Shown: piece after piece, positions 39,471-49,640 of the stretch | How the letters are laid out: the number at the start of each line of letters is the position of its first letter | How positions within the stretch are numbered: position 1 is the first letter of the stretch | Origin: Nitrospinaceae bacterium | Lineage (GTDB): Bacteria > Nitrospinota > Nitrospinia > Nitrospinales > Nitrospinaceae | Length of the DNA stretch: 64,000 nt | Direction of reading: 5' to 3' | Assembly (NCBI GenBank): GCA_965223665.1 | Contig: OZ245011.1 | Span: forward strand, 832,001 to 896,000 | Translations under genes and position numbers: made by a program | Notes under the pieces: model-generated | Database searches by the model: none | What the model saw: only the letters and a program-made list of their open reading frames with translations | Told to the model about the DNA's origin: nothing

Positions 39471-42008
39471 TTAATTTTCCAGGCTTCCGTTACAATTTTC
39501 ATCTACTTGGTTTCCAGAAATTTCTGGGGCATCCGGTCGAATATCAAAATTACTATCATCGCAATCCCCTTTTCGCGCCGAATAACCAATTGCTGCACAG
39601 TGATAGACCTTAGGCCTATTGCCGTCTCCCCATCCATCTTCATCAGCGTCTAAATACTGCTCAGGAGCTCCTTCATTTACCGTTCCATCGCAATTATTGT
39701 CGATCGTATCACAAGGTATTTCTGCAGCATTAGGATGAACCGCAGGGTTATTATCGTCACAGTCCAATCCATAGGTTCCATAGGAGGTGCTTGATGGAAC
39801 CATACGTTCTCGCCGCTCTCGTTCCCGTTTAGCCTTATCAATGTTCTCAAGGAGTTCATTATATTCACTAACATGCCTACGATAAATGGCAGAACCCCTT
39901 TCACGAAGCCCGGAGGTTCCTTTGGCTGTTGATGCCCCTGGAACGGTTCCACCAAAGTCTCTTCCAGGGCCGGAAGGAACAGGATTAGTAGTCCCCGAAG
40001 GTGCCGTTGTATTTGATGAAGACATATTTTGGCTGGATTCCGAATTTGAATTGTCATTTGTTCCAGGCAAAGTCGTTGGCAAATGAGGAGTGGATGGTTT
40101 TTTTTCAAATGGGATTTTTGATTGTTGGGTCGCATACGCTTTATCAGAGCTCAAGATATCTCCCTTTGAACCGATAACACCCTCCGGCACTCCTTTATTC
40201 GATTTAAAGGCTGCTGGATTTCCCAGGTTAATTAAATAACGAGCCACTTCTTCCACTTCTTCATCGGTTAACCAATCAATTCCACCTCTGTCCGGCATTC
40301 CCCGGGCTCCACCCAAAGCCGTATCCAGCATTCGTTCAAATCCTTTTTCGACCTCAATTATTACTAACTCATCAGGAGAAGGGGCAGACCCAGTATTATC
40401 CATTTTGTGGCATCCCATACAACGTTCAGCAATTTCTGGTACCGTAGGGTTCCATTCTTTAGCGGATGTTGCGGTATTGTTTGCGGGAGACTCAGGAACT
40501 GATTTGTCTTCATTTAATTTGGCGGTAAATAAATAAGATCCCCTCGCCCATTTCCAGGTTGAGGGCCAACTTTCAAGAGAAACCCGATGCTCTTGATCAA
40601 TCCTTAAAGGAGGGATCATTATGGGATTTCTTATTTCAGCTAATAGGTTGGATGGACACTCACCTCCATCGGTTTTTTGACAAGTCAACTGAAGAGGAGC
40701 TTCAACAATTGTATCGCTTTTACCTTTATTAGTTATGATAATTTCGGGTGCCATGGGTTGAGGCAAATCCACCACCAAGTCCGCTTGGGTAAGAATTTGA
40801 TCCATTATTTTTCTATCAGGAGTTTTTAATGCCTTGTCCTGGCCACCCAAATCAGCAGCTTTTCCACTTGCTGGGGGATGGGAAGCTACTCCGGGAACAT
40901 TCGAACTCGAGGTACAATCGAGATCAATGCCTCTATAAGGAACCACGTTAACTCTCGCAAATAATCGATTATTATTTTCATTATTTTCTAACACACTATT
41001 AGAACTATCAAACATTACAGATAAAATATGCTCGCCAATCCCCAGTTCTATGGATTTTGCAATGGTTTGACCGGACCAACCGGGATCATGTGACTGTGAA
41101 ATTGAAACGACTTCTCGCTGGTCCAGGGTCGCTCGAATTTGAAAATTCAAACGATCCGTATTTGAATTATTCGTGCTTTGGAATTGAAAAACAAAATAAA
41201 ATAATTTTCTAATAGTACATTCTCTAGTTTTTATAACACTGGCAGTCGCAAGAGGTGGTACTTTATCAGGCAATGTCATTAGGCCATTGGCGTGATCTCC
41301 TACTTTATAAGAAAGACTTTTTAACCAAATATCCGGGAGCACTTCTTTTGGGGGAGTTGTTAATCCTTTTTGAGAGATGGGCTTGGAGGAACCGCTTCCG
41401 GTAATTGCAGGCAAGGTTTGTGTTTCTACTTTCGGAGCATCTCCGGAATGAGGGGTTTTAGATTCAGAAGGAGATAATACGTGTCTTTTCCCGGTTAATT
41501 TATAGTCTCTATTTAATTTCAATTCTTTCTTTTTAGCTTCATGGCGTAAATACTCCGCTTTTTTAAGTTCCTCTCGCTCCTGTTGAATCTTTTGTTGTTC
41601 CGCTTTATACCATTGGTTCAATTCGGCAATTTTTCTCTTTTTTTCCTTTTCCAATTTTTTAATTTTCTTTTTTCTTTTTGCAATCGTTTTTTCTGAAGAA
41701 TAAATTTCACGAAATTTTTTGGTACTCTCGAATAATATATTTTTGTGTTTTTCAGATCTTTCTTTTGCTAAATCTGACAATTTTTTATTTGCTTCTGTTT
41801 GAAATTTTACTAAATTCTCAACATGTAACTTTCTAAATTTAACTACGTCTTGCATATATTCATTATTAACTTGTATCTTTTGCTTTGGGGTTAGCTTTTT
41901 TTGCAATACAACCTTACTGGCAGAATCAACTTTATTTTCAGCTAGGACGGACCAGGAATTGCCAAAAATCATTACTGTACAAACTAATAAAAAAAATAAT
42001 TTTTTCAT
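39471..42008 (-). CDS. Large secreted multidomain protein: coiled coil, 2 CARDB-like domains, monoheme cytochrome c, Cys/Asp metal-binding repeats
   Basis: Signal peptide from MKKLFF (42008; track start 42044); DSSNSVLENNENNN and EDKSVPESPANN CARDB-like ends; CMGCH..GMPDRGG..LTDEEV; DCDDNNPAVHPNAAEIPCDTIDNNCDG and DCDDSNFDIRPDAPEISGNQVDENCNG. Confidence 0.8.
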   Translation of the reverse strand: MKKLFFLLVCTVMIFGNSWSVLAENKVDSASKVVLQKKLTPKQKIQVNNEYMQDVVKFRKLHVENLVKFQTEANKKLSDLAKERSEKHKNILFESTKKFREIYSSEKTIAKRKKKIKKLEKEKKRKIAELNQWYKAEQQKIQQEREELKKAEYLRHEAKKKELKLNRDYKLTGKRHVLSPSESKTPHSGDAPKVETQTLPAITGSGSSKPISQKGLTTPPKEVLPDIWLKSLSYKVGDHANGLMTLPDKVPPLATASVIKTRECTIRKLFYFVFQFQSTNNSNTDRLNFQIRATLDQREVVSISQSHDPGWSGQTIAKSIELGIGEHILSVMFDSSNSVLENNENNNRLFARVNVVPYRGIDLDCTSSSNVPGVASHPPASGKAADLGGQDKALKTPDRKIMDQILTQADLVVDLPQPMAPEIIITNKGKSDTIVEAPLQLTCQKTDGGECPSNLLAEIRNPIMIPPLRIDQEHRVSLESWPSTWKWARGSYLFTAKLNEDKSVPESPANNTATSAKEWNPTVPEIAERCMGCHKMDNTGSAPSPDELVIIEVEKGFERMLDTALGGARGMPDRGGIDWLTDEEVEEVARYLINLGNPAAFKSNKGVPEGVIGSKGDILSSDKAYATQQSKIPFEKKPSTPHLPTTLPGTNDNSNSESSQNMSSSNTTAPSGTTNPVPSGPGRDFGGTVPGASTAKGTSGLRERGSAIYRRHVSEYNELLENIDKAKRERERRERMVPSSTSYGTYGLDCDDNNPAVHPNAAEIPCDTIDNNCDGTVNEGAPEQYLDADEDGWGDGNRPKVYHCAAIGYSARKGDCDDSNFDIRPDAPEISGNQVDENCNGSLEN

Positions 42009-42159
42009 ATTAAAGTTAATATTGTAAGAAAGAATTATGTTCAAAAAACGCGCTATTCAATTTTAAACAAAGAAAATTGTACACTTTAAAAATTATTTTT
42101 CCTACCGGAATTAAATTGGTTTGGAAAGGACAACAAATTAAAGCTAACATAAATAATGA

Positions 42160-43521
42160 CTATTTTTGAATAGTCTGATTATTTAAAATTGTCCCAGAAG
42201 GAAAGGAAATTGGTCCGTTTTTATTTTTTATGACCACTTGGCCTGAAAATGTGATTTCACCTTTAAAAGAAACATCTCCTTCTATTTCTAAGAAATCCAA
42301 ATTTAATAATTTGGGAACTTCAGGCACACGGGTTTTATAATCTTCAAATTGTGAAAATTGTTTTCCCCATTTAATAATGGGAAGGTTGGAAATTTTTCTT
42401 TTTGAATTACGAGTTAATTTCCCCTTATTTAAATTGAAAAGATCGGATTGTATCAACATCAAATCGCTTGTGTTTTTAACCGGTAAAAATCGATTCCTGT
42501 TTACAATCAATCCAATACTTTCTGAAAAATTATCAATTGCAGAACCTATGGCAGTCTCTAACTGAATGACTGGAAGATCTTCAACTCTTTTTTCATTAAT
42601 GATTAAATTTAAATCTAATGGACCTTTTTCAAGCCGCTCTTGTAAACATTCCAAATGAATCCAAACATTATTGGTATTAAAAACTTTAAATTTTTCGATT
42701 CCACAAAATTCAGATAAATATTCTTTAGGTACCTGGGCAACCTCTAAAAGATGTAAATTATTATTGGATTCATAAAGAGTTCCTCCCTTAACATCCAAAG
42801 GCGTTTTTGGAGTCATTTCCAATACAAATGGAATCTTGTTTTTTATTACTGTGTTTAATATTTTTAAATCAACCTCGGCCCCCAAATTATCTGCATTAGA
42901 AACAAAGAGAACTTTTATTCCCTTTTCCAGCATTTCATTCAACAAACCTTGATTTTGAAGGCAATGAAAAATATCTCCATGTCCTGGCGGATACCAAGCT
43001 TCAGGGCTATTTTTATTAAAAGCTAATGGCTCTCCTGACTCTTTATCGAGTCTTGGGAATTTACTTTGTAAAAAAGAAATAATTGAAACTGGCAAATCTT
43101 TATTTTTTAAGTAATCCTCAATCTCCGGATGCGTGTAAAAACTGTTCATTAAATACAAAGGAACATTCACTCCGAATTCCTTATTCAAGTGAGTCAACTG
43201 GTCAAAGATCAAATCCAGAAATGATTTATTGTCTCGAACCTTGATTAATGACTTTGGTCCAGAACAACCCATACTTGTCCCTAACCCACCGTTCAATTTA
43301 CAAACAGCCAATTGTTCTAAAATATTTTTACATTCAATGTCCTGAGGAATACTTAAGGACTCGTATTTAGGTAATTTTTCCAAGGTTGGGGAGTTAATGG
43401 ATTGCCATTCTTTTACTTTTGCGGAACCTTTTTTATATTTATTGAAAAAACCTAAAAAGTACTCTAGGGTATCTTCCGAAAGGCCAATATTATTCAATTT
43501 TCTTTTTACTTCAGATTCCAT
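42160..43521 (-). CDS. UTP-glucose-1-phosphate uridylyltransferase, eukaryote-type (UDPGP family)
   Basis: KLNGGLGTSMGCSGPKS, LMNSFYT, WYPPGHGD, SNADNLGA, DVKGG, FNTNN, QLETAIG, RFLPVK; C-terminal beta-helix-like segment. Confidence 0.92.
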   Translation of the reverse strand: MESEVKRKLNNIGLSEDTLEYFLGFFNKYKKGSAKVKEWQSINSPTLEKLPKYESLSIPQDIECKNILEQLAVCKLNGGLGTSMGCSGPKSLIKVRDNKSFLDLIFDQLTHLNKEFGVNVPLYLMNSFYTHPEIEDYLKNKDLPVSIISFLQSKFPRLDKESGEPLAFNKNSPEAWYPPGHGDIFHCLQNQGLLNEMLEKGIKVLFVSNADNLGAEVDLKILNTVIKNKIPFVLEMTPKTPLDVKGGTLYESNNNLHLLEVAQVPKEYLSEFCGIEKFKVFNTNNVWIHLECLQERLEKGPLDLNLIINEKRVEDLPVIQLETAIGSAIDNFSESIGLIVNRNRFLPVKNTSDLMLIQSDLFNLNKGKLTRNSKRKISNLPIIKWGKQFSQFEDYKTRVPEVPKLLNLDFLEIEGDVSFKGEITFSGQVVIKNKNGPISFPSGTILNNQTIQK

Positions 43522-43639
43522 TTTAAAAATCGAGTTTCCTCGGATAAACTATTAATAAATAAAACCTAATAAAGTTCTTATTATATTCGATTAATATTCG
43601 GACTCCAAGTAAACACAAAATTAAACTGGTGAAAAAATT

Positions 43640-46144
43640 ATGCTAGATTTACGCAAAAGCGAGTTATTTGACAGCCATTATCAAGGAACAAGCATTGAGG
43701 ATTTAAAGGAATCCATCAATTTCCATTTAAAATATTCTAATGCAAAAGATTGGGAAAAAGCCACCCTGCTTGATAAATATAATAGCATCGCCCTTACGGT
43801 CCGAGATCGTTTAGTTGAACGATGGATCAAAACTCAAGACGCCTATTATGAAAAAGATCCCAAAAGAATCTATTACCTATCAATGGAATTTTTGGTAGGT
43901 CGAGCTTTAAGTAACTATCTAGTAAACTTGGATTTTAAAGATGAATGCTGCAAAGCAATTAGAGAATTGGGGATTAGCTTAGAAGAAATTGAGCAGATTG
44001 ATATTGAAGCTGGTCTGGGAAACGGTGGTTTGGGGAGATTAGCAGCATGTTTTCTAGACTCAATGGCCACCCTGGGGTTAGCGGGTTATGGTTATGGTAT
44101 TAGATACGAATTTGGAATCTTCTATCAAAATATAAAAAATGGCTACCAGGTAGAAACTGCCGATGATTGGTTACGCCAAGGCTATCCCTGGGAAATTCCT
44201 CGCCCGGAACATATTTACCCTGTCCAATTCTATGGAAGAACCATCCATCACACCAATAAAGAAGGGGAAAGTGTTACGGAATGGGTTGATACGCATGACG
44301 ATGTCCTCGCAATGGCCTATGACATCCCTATCCCTGGTTTTCACAATGAAACCGTCAATAACCTTAGGTTGTGGGGCGCACGTTCTACTAGAGAATTTGA
44401 TTTAGGATCATTTAACGAAGGTGATTATATTCAGGCTGTGAGTCGAAAACATGAGTCAGAGACAATTTCAAAAGTTCTTTATCCCAATGATCAAAATATG
44501 AAGGGAAAAGAATTACGCCTAAAGCAGGAATATTTTTTTGTTTCGGCTTCATTACAAGATATTATCCGAAGGTATAAAACTACACACTCAACCTTCGATA
44601 AATTTTCTGAAAAGGTTGCCATTCAATTGAATGACACTCACCCTGCCATTGCCATCCCCGAACTCATGCGAATATTAATCGACATAGAAAAACGTCCATG
44701 GGATGAAGCATGGGAAATTACTGTAAAAACATTTGGATACACAAACCATACTGTATTACCCGAAGCCATGGAAAAATGGTCGGTTGAATTACTAAAACAT
44801 GTCTTGCCGAGACATTTAGAAATCATTTATCAAATCAACCACAAGTTTTTGGAAAAAGTGACCACTATGTATCCACAAAATCCCAGGGTAGTCCAAAGAT
44901 TATCAATTGTGGAAGAAGTCCCGCAAAAATCCATTCGAATGGCAAACCTCGCAATTGTGGGAAGTCATACTGTAAATGGTGTTTCTGAATTGCACTCACA
45001 AATTCTAAAAGATCATGTCCTTAAAGATTTCTATAACGTCTTTCCTAGACGTTTTCAGAATAAAACCAATGGAATAACTCAAAGGTTATGGTTGAAATCA
45101 TGTAATCCTGGTTTAGCTAAATTTATTTCAGAAACTATCGGAGATGAATGGATTACAAATTTATCTCAATTAAAAAAGTTGGAAAATCACTTGGAGGACC
45201 CAAACTTTATTCAAAGATGGAAAAGGATAAAAAGAGACAATAAAATAAGTTTGGCTCAGTTCATTTTAGACACCCAAGGTATCCGCCTGGATCCGGATTT
45301 TCTCTATGACGTTCAGATAAAGCGAATTCATGAATATAAGCGACAACTACTTTTCGCCCTTCATGCTGTGTACCTTTATAACCGCTTCAAATCAATGCCT
45401 CATGTGGATCACCTTCCTCGAGCATTTATTATTGCCGGAAAAGCAGCCCCTGGTTATGAAATGGCAAAGTTGATTATTAAATTAATTAACAGTATTGCTG
45501 AAAAAGTAAACAACGACCCTCAAACCAACTCAAAATTAAAGGTAATTTTTATTCCAAATTATAGTGTGTCCAAGGCCGAGATGATAATTCCAGGCGCAGA
45601 CCTTTCTGAACAAATCTCTACAGCAGGAATGGAAGCATCTGGAACTGGCAATATGAAACTGGCTCTTAATGGTGCTTTAACAATTGGAACTCTTGATGGG
45701 GCTAATATTGAAATAAAAGATCAAGTAGGAGATGACAACATTTTCATTTTCGGTTTAAAGGCCAAAGAAGTAGAAAAGCTTCGTGCGGATGGTTATAATC
45801 CAAAAGATTATTACAATAATAATCTTGAGTTAAAAATGGCTATAGATATGATCAAGGATGGTTATTTTTCACCTGATCACCCCCATTTATTTCATCCCAT
45901 CATCGAATCTTTACTTAACCATGGAGATCATTATATGGTTTTCGCAGATTTTCAAAACTATTGCGATACGCAAAAAAGTGTTGAAGACCTTTATAAACAT
46001 GAAACCCGTTGGACGCAAAAATCTATTTTAAATACCGCGAGAATGGGAAAATTCTCCAGTGATCGAACTATAAAGGAATACTGCAAAGAAATATGGAATG
46101 CGGAGCCTTATAATGATCGAAAGCGGTTCGATGCACTTAAATGA
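43640..46144 (+). CDS. glgP: Glycogen/starch phosphorylase
   Basis: GLGNGGLGRLAACFLDS, LRLKQEYFF, QLNDTHP, KRIHEYKRQ, EASGTGNMK (PLP Lys), FSSDRTI. Confidence 0.98.
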   Translation: MLDLRKSELFDSHYQGTSIEDLKESINFHLKYSNAKDWEKATLLDKYNSIALTVRDRLVERWIKTQDAYYEKDPKRIYYLSMEFLVGRALSNYLVNLDFKDECCKAIRELGISLEEIEQIDIEAGLGNGGLGRLAACFLDSMATLGLAGYGYGIRYEFGIFYQNIKNGYQVETADDWLRQGYPWEIPRPEHIYPVQFYGRTIHHTNKEGESVTEWVDTHDDVLAMAYDIPIPGFHNETVNNLRLWGARSTREFDLGSFNEGDYIQAVSRKHESETISKVLYPNDQNMKGKELRLKQEYFFVSASLQDIIRRYKTTHSTFDKFSEKVAIQLNDTHPAIAIPELMRILIDIEKRPWDEAWEITVKTFGYTNHTVLPEAMEKWSVELLKHVLPRHLEIIYQINHKFLEKVTTMYPQNPRVVQRLSIVEEVPQKSIRMANLAIVGSHTVNGVSELHSQILKDHVLKDFYNVFPRRFQNKTNGITQRLWLKSCNPGLAKFISETIGDEWITNLSQLKKLENHLEDPNFIQRWKRIKRDNKISLAQFILDTQGIRLDPDFLYDVQIKRIHEYKRQLLFALHAVYLYNRFKSMPHVDHLPRAFIIAGKAAPGYEMAKLIIKLINSIAEKVNNDPQTNSKLKVIFIPNYSVSKAEMIIPGADLSEQISTAGMEASGTGNMKLALNGALTIGTLDGANIEIKDQVGDDNIFIFGLKAKEVEKLRADGYNPKDYYNNNLELKMAIDMIKDGYFSPDHPHLFHPIIESLLNHGDHYMVFADFQNYCDTQKSVEDLYKHETRWTQKSILNTARMGKFSSDRTIKEYCKEIWNAEPYNDRKRFDALK

Positions 46145-46147
46145 TCC

Positions 46148-46813
46148 ATGTTGGTATTTAAAAAAAATATCTATTTTACCCCTTTAAAGAACTCAAATTT
46201 ATTTACCAAATCTTTTAATGAAAATGAAACCGAATACAGAATCAATGCTTTTAAACTGTTTAAACACATTCTTTCTTCAGAACAAAAGTTAATTGCCGAA
46301 CTTAAAAATATTTTGGCAAAAGATTCCTCTAATAAAATCAATATTGTTTATCCTCACGCCTCTCAATTTGGTACCTTAGACATCATTGAATCAATTTCCA
46401 AAAATCTTTGGAAAGGATTTTTGGATGATCGCACTTGGTATTCTATAAACTCCTATCACTTTTGCTATTTGTACGACTCTCTTTTGGGTTTTGTCGAAGA
46501 ATATAGTTATGAGGATACAGATGTAAGAAAAAAACTGCTTCCTGAGTTAGAGGGTAACCCTATTAATTTCAATCAGTTTTTGAATGAATATTTTTTCAAT
46601 ACTGCCTTTTTGATAGCCGCAGAACGGTATAATAAAATTACTCCTCAAGAAAAGCGATTACTGGGTAAGGTTGACCATGCTTTATTTGGGGCTGTACCTC
46701 CCAATGAACCTTTGTCCATTGAGTCAGATCCTTGCCTGGAAAAAGTTATCAATCGCAAACCTCCCATAGCCACCGAAATCACCCTAACTCCTTTGACAGG
46801 CTCACCATATTAA
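46148..46813 (+). CDS. Hypothetical protein, paralogue A of a tandem pair
   Basis: 221-aa ORF 3 nt after glgP; shares several motifs with the next ORF. Confidence 0.8.
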   Translation: MLVFKKNIYFTPLKNSNLFTKSFNENETEYRINAFKLFKHILSSEQKLIAELKNILAKDSSNKINIVYPHASQFGTLDIIESISKNLWKGFLDDRTWYSINSYHFCYLYDSLLGFVEEYSYEDTDVRKKLLPELEGNPINFNQFLNEYFFNTAFLIAAERYNKITPQEKRLLGKVDHALFGAVPPNEPLSIESDPCLEKVINRKPPIATEITLTPLTGSPY

Positions 46814-46921
46814 TCATGGTTCACTAATTTACCTAAAATATACTTGTTAAGTTTTTTCTTTCCTTGATCGTCTGGTTATACAGTGATAATTTATAGAAAA
46901 AATTGAGGGGAAAAGAGACTT

Positions 46922-47533
46922 ATGCTTGTTTTTAAAAATAATATCTATGAACCCAAAGGATCCACGGCAAGGTTTTTTCCAACTGGAAAGGAAGCTTCAT
47001 TTTTTGACCCGTATCAATTTATTCACAATTCCCTTATTGAAGATCTTTCCCTCTTTACTTTCATAGAAAAACAACCTGAAATTTTTCGCAAAGATGACAT
47101 TATCAGTTTTTTTCCTTCCTCACACAAATGCATCAATTGGCCTATCCTCAACAAAATAATTCGAATATTGATCGAAGGCCTCAAATGCAAAAAACATTGG
47201 TACCATATGAATACTTATCACTTTTGCATTTTATATGATGTATTAAAGAGAAATGCTTTTAATTACAATCATGATTGTTTAGAAGAAAAAATTTTGTTTT
47301 TACCTGAACTGGGGGGCGAACCCATTCAGTTTGATGCATTTATGGAAGATTATTTTTTTAATCGGTTTTTTTTAATGGATCCGGATGAATTCAACTCTCT
47401 CTCCTCAGAAGACAAATTAAATAAAGGCTTTTCTTGCCCATGTCAATTTGGTGTCATAAATGGATTAATACCTAATAATGAGGAAATGACACTTAAACAA
47501 TCTAAAGACTATCCTTACACTATAGTGGTTTAA
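46922..47533 (+). CDS. Hypothetical protein, paralogue B of a tandem pair
   Basis: 203-aa ORF with GAGG/GAGA RBS; MLVFKxNIY, YHFCxLYD, LPELxGxPI shared with the previous ORF. Confidence 0.8.
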   Translation: MLVFKNNIYEPKGSTARFFPTGKEASFFDPYQFIHNSLIEDLSLFTFIEKQPEIFRKDDIISFFPSSHKCINWPILNKIIRILIEGLKCKKHWYHMNTYHFCILYDVLKRNAFNYNHDCLEEKILFLPELGGEPIQFDAFMEDYFFNRFFLMDPDEFNSLSSEDKLNKGFSCPCQFGVINGLIPNNEEMTLKQSKDYPYTIVV

Positions 47534-47577
47534 TTAACCCATCGAACCATTATCTTGAACCTATTTAGGAAATTAAA

Positions 47578-49128
47578 TTGCAAAAAATTGTGACTGCAAA
47601 AGAGATGCAGGCTATCGACCACCACGCAATAAAAGAACTTGGGATTCCTGGAATTCTTCTAATGGAAAATGCTGGGAGAAGCATTGTTGAGCTTATGAAG
47701 AAAACTATTCCAGAATTAAATGAAAAAAAAGTTTTAGTTGTAGCAGGGAAAGGAAATAATGGAGGCGATGGTTTTGTCATAGCTAGACATCTTCATAACA
47801 TTGGGGTTTCAGTCTCCGTCTGGCTTATAGGTAAACGAAGTCAGTTAAAGGGGGACGCAAAAACCAATTCCATCATAGCATTTAACCAAAAAATACCGAT
47901 TTTTGAAATTAATGAAAAAAATTTTAACTCTAAAAATCATTCTTTAAGTCATTCAAATGTAGTAGTGGATGCTATTTTTGGAACGGGTTTGACAAAGCGT
48001 GTTTCCGGTTTTTATGAAAAAATTATTAAAAAAATAAATTCCTCAAAAAAGTTTGTCGTATCGGTGGATATTCCCTCTGGAATAGACTCCGACTCAGGAG
48101 AATTGATTGGACCCTGCATTAAATCTAACTTGACGGCGGCTTTAGCTTTTCCTAAAAGAAGTCATTTATTGTATCCAGCCGCAGAGCAGATGGGAAAAAT
48201 TGAAATACTGGATATATCTATCCCACAAAATATAGAAATCTCCAATTTTAAATCCGTTAACCTAATAGAGTCTTCAGACATTAAACCTCTTTTTCCTAGT
48301 AGAGCGCCAAATACTCATAAGGGAAGTTATGGCCATGTTTTAGTAGTTGGTGGCTCCAGGGGCAAAGGAGGAGCTGCAGGGATGACAGGTTTGGCCGCAC
48401 TTCGAATAGGAGCTGGATTAGTTACTCTTGCAATTCCAGAATCATGTTATTCCTCTTTGGAATTCAACCCACTAGAAACAATGTCCATATCACTTCCAGA
48501 AACTAAATCTGGAAGCATCTCATTAAAGGCAATGGATATTTTATTAAAAGAAATTCAGAATAAAGAGGCGTTAGCAATTGGACCGGGTCTTTCCACTCAT
48601 GAAGAAGTCATAAAATGTATCGACACATTTTTACCCCAGGTTCCTTGCCCAATTATTTTGGATGCAGATGGGCTTAACTCCTTGGCCAAAATCCCCAAAT
48701 TATTAGAAAGAATTAATGTTCCTACTATTCTCACACCTCATCTCAGAGAGTTTTCTCGAATAGTGGGAAAACCTCTAAAAAATATTATTAAAAATCGATT
48801 TAACGAGGCAACCGAATTTGCCCAACATAACGGGGTTATAATAATTTTAAAAGGAGCTAATAGTATTGTTGCTTTACCAAATGGAGAATTATTAATTAAC
48901 CCCACAGGAAATCCTGGATTAGCCAAGGCTGGTTCCGGTGATATTCTTACCGGTATGATTGCAGGATTAACGGCCCAAAAATTTTCCCCAAAAGACGCTT
49001 CCATGGCAGGAGTTTACCTTCATGGTTTGGCAGGAGATTTTTATAAGCAAAATTTTAACGAAAACACACTAATCGCAAGTGACCTATTGCAATTTCTTCC
49101 AAAAGTTATTAACAGTCTAAATGCATAA
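47578..49128 (+). CDS. nnr: Bifunctional NAD(P)H-hydrate epimerase/dehydratase
   Basis: LMENAG, GKGNNGGDG, VDAIFGTG, HKGSYG, IGPGL, DADGLN, LTPH, AGSGD; TTG start. Confidence 0.95.
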   Translation: MQKIVTAKEMQAIDHHAIKELGIPGILLMENAGRSIVELMKKTIPELNEKKVLVVAGKGNNGGDGFVIARHLHNIGVSVSVWLIGKRSQLKGDAKTNSIIAFNQKIPIFEINEKNFNSKNHSLSHSNVVVDAIFGTGLTKRVSGFYEKIIKKINSSKKFVVSVDIPSGIDSDSGELIGPCIKSNLTAALAFPKRSHLLYPAAEQMGKIEILDISIPQNIEISNFKSVNLIESSDIKPLFPSRAPNTHKGSYGHVLVVGGSRGKGGAAGMTGLAALRIGAGLVTLAIPESCYSSLEFNPLETMSISLPETKSGSISLKAMDILLKEIQNKEALAIGPGLSTHEEVIKCIDTFLPQVPCPIILDADGLNSLAKIPKLLERINVPTILTPHLREFSRIVGKPLKNIIKNRFNEATEFAQHNGVIIILKGANSIVALPNGELLINPTGNPGLAKAGSGDILTGMIAGLTAQKFSPKDASMAGVYLHGLAGDFYKQNFNENTLIASDLLQFLPKVINSLNA

Positions 49129-49130
49129 AA

Positions 49131-49613
49131 ATGATTTTCATAACCTCAGATCCCGAACAAACCATAAATTTGGGAGAAAAAATAGGAAAACATTTAATTT
49201 TTGGGGATGTTCTTCTTTTAATTGGAGATTTGGGTGCAGGAAAAACAACATTAGTTCAAGGAATTTGCAAAGGATTAGATGTCAAATCTAAGGAATATGT
49301 TAGAAGTCCCACTTTTACCTTAGTTAATGAATATCAAGGAAAATATCAGATATTTCATATCGATCTCTATCGTACCGAAACAACTGGAGACATAGAAAAC
49401 CTGGGTTTAGAGGAATTTCTAAATGGAAAAGGAGTATGTCTGGTTGAATGGGCAGAAAAGCTATTGTCAACTGAACCAAAAAGTTTAGAATCCATTACAA
49501 ATCATAGTTGGATAAAAATTCAACTAAGTTTTGAACCCGAGGATAAAAGAAAAATTACCATCTCCCCCAGCAATTTCCTTCCCAAATCCCACCCGATTTT
49601 CACTTTACATTAG
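49131..49613 (+). CDS. tsaE: tRNA threonylcarbamoyladenosine biosynthesis ATPase TsaE
   Basis: GDLGAGKTT, SPTFTLVNEY, HIDLYR, VEWAE. Confidence 0.96.
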   Translation: MIFITSDPEQTINLGEKIGKHLIFGDVLLLIGDLGAGKTTLVQGICKGLDVKSKEYVRSPTFTLVNEYQGKYQIFHIDLYRTETTGDIENLGLEEFLNGKGVCLVEWAEKLLSTEPKSLESITNHSWIKIQLSFEPEDKRKITISPSNFLPKSHPIFTLH

Positions 49614-49640
49614 ATGTATATTATGGCATCATTTTAAATT

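Noticed and set aside
39677-40135. 152-aa alternative-frame ORF suggesting a frameshift or overprinted gene
   Set aside because: The main frame is uninterrupted and carries the recognisable motifs; stop-poor alternate frames are expected in this low-complexity, more GC-rich linker.
38982-42044. Calling the cytochrome/Cys-rich locus a mobile island
   Set aside because: It looks somewhat more GC-rich by eye, but there is no flanking tRNA, integrase or direct repeat, and amino-acid composition could explain the shift.
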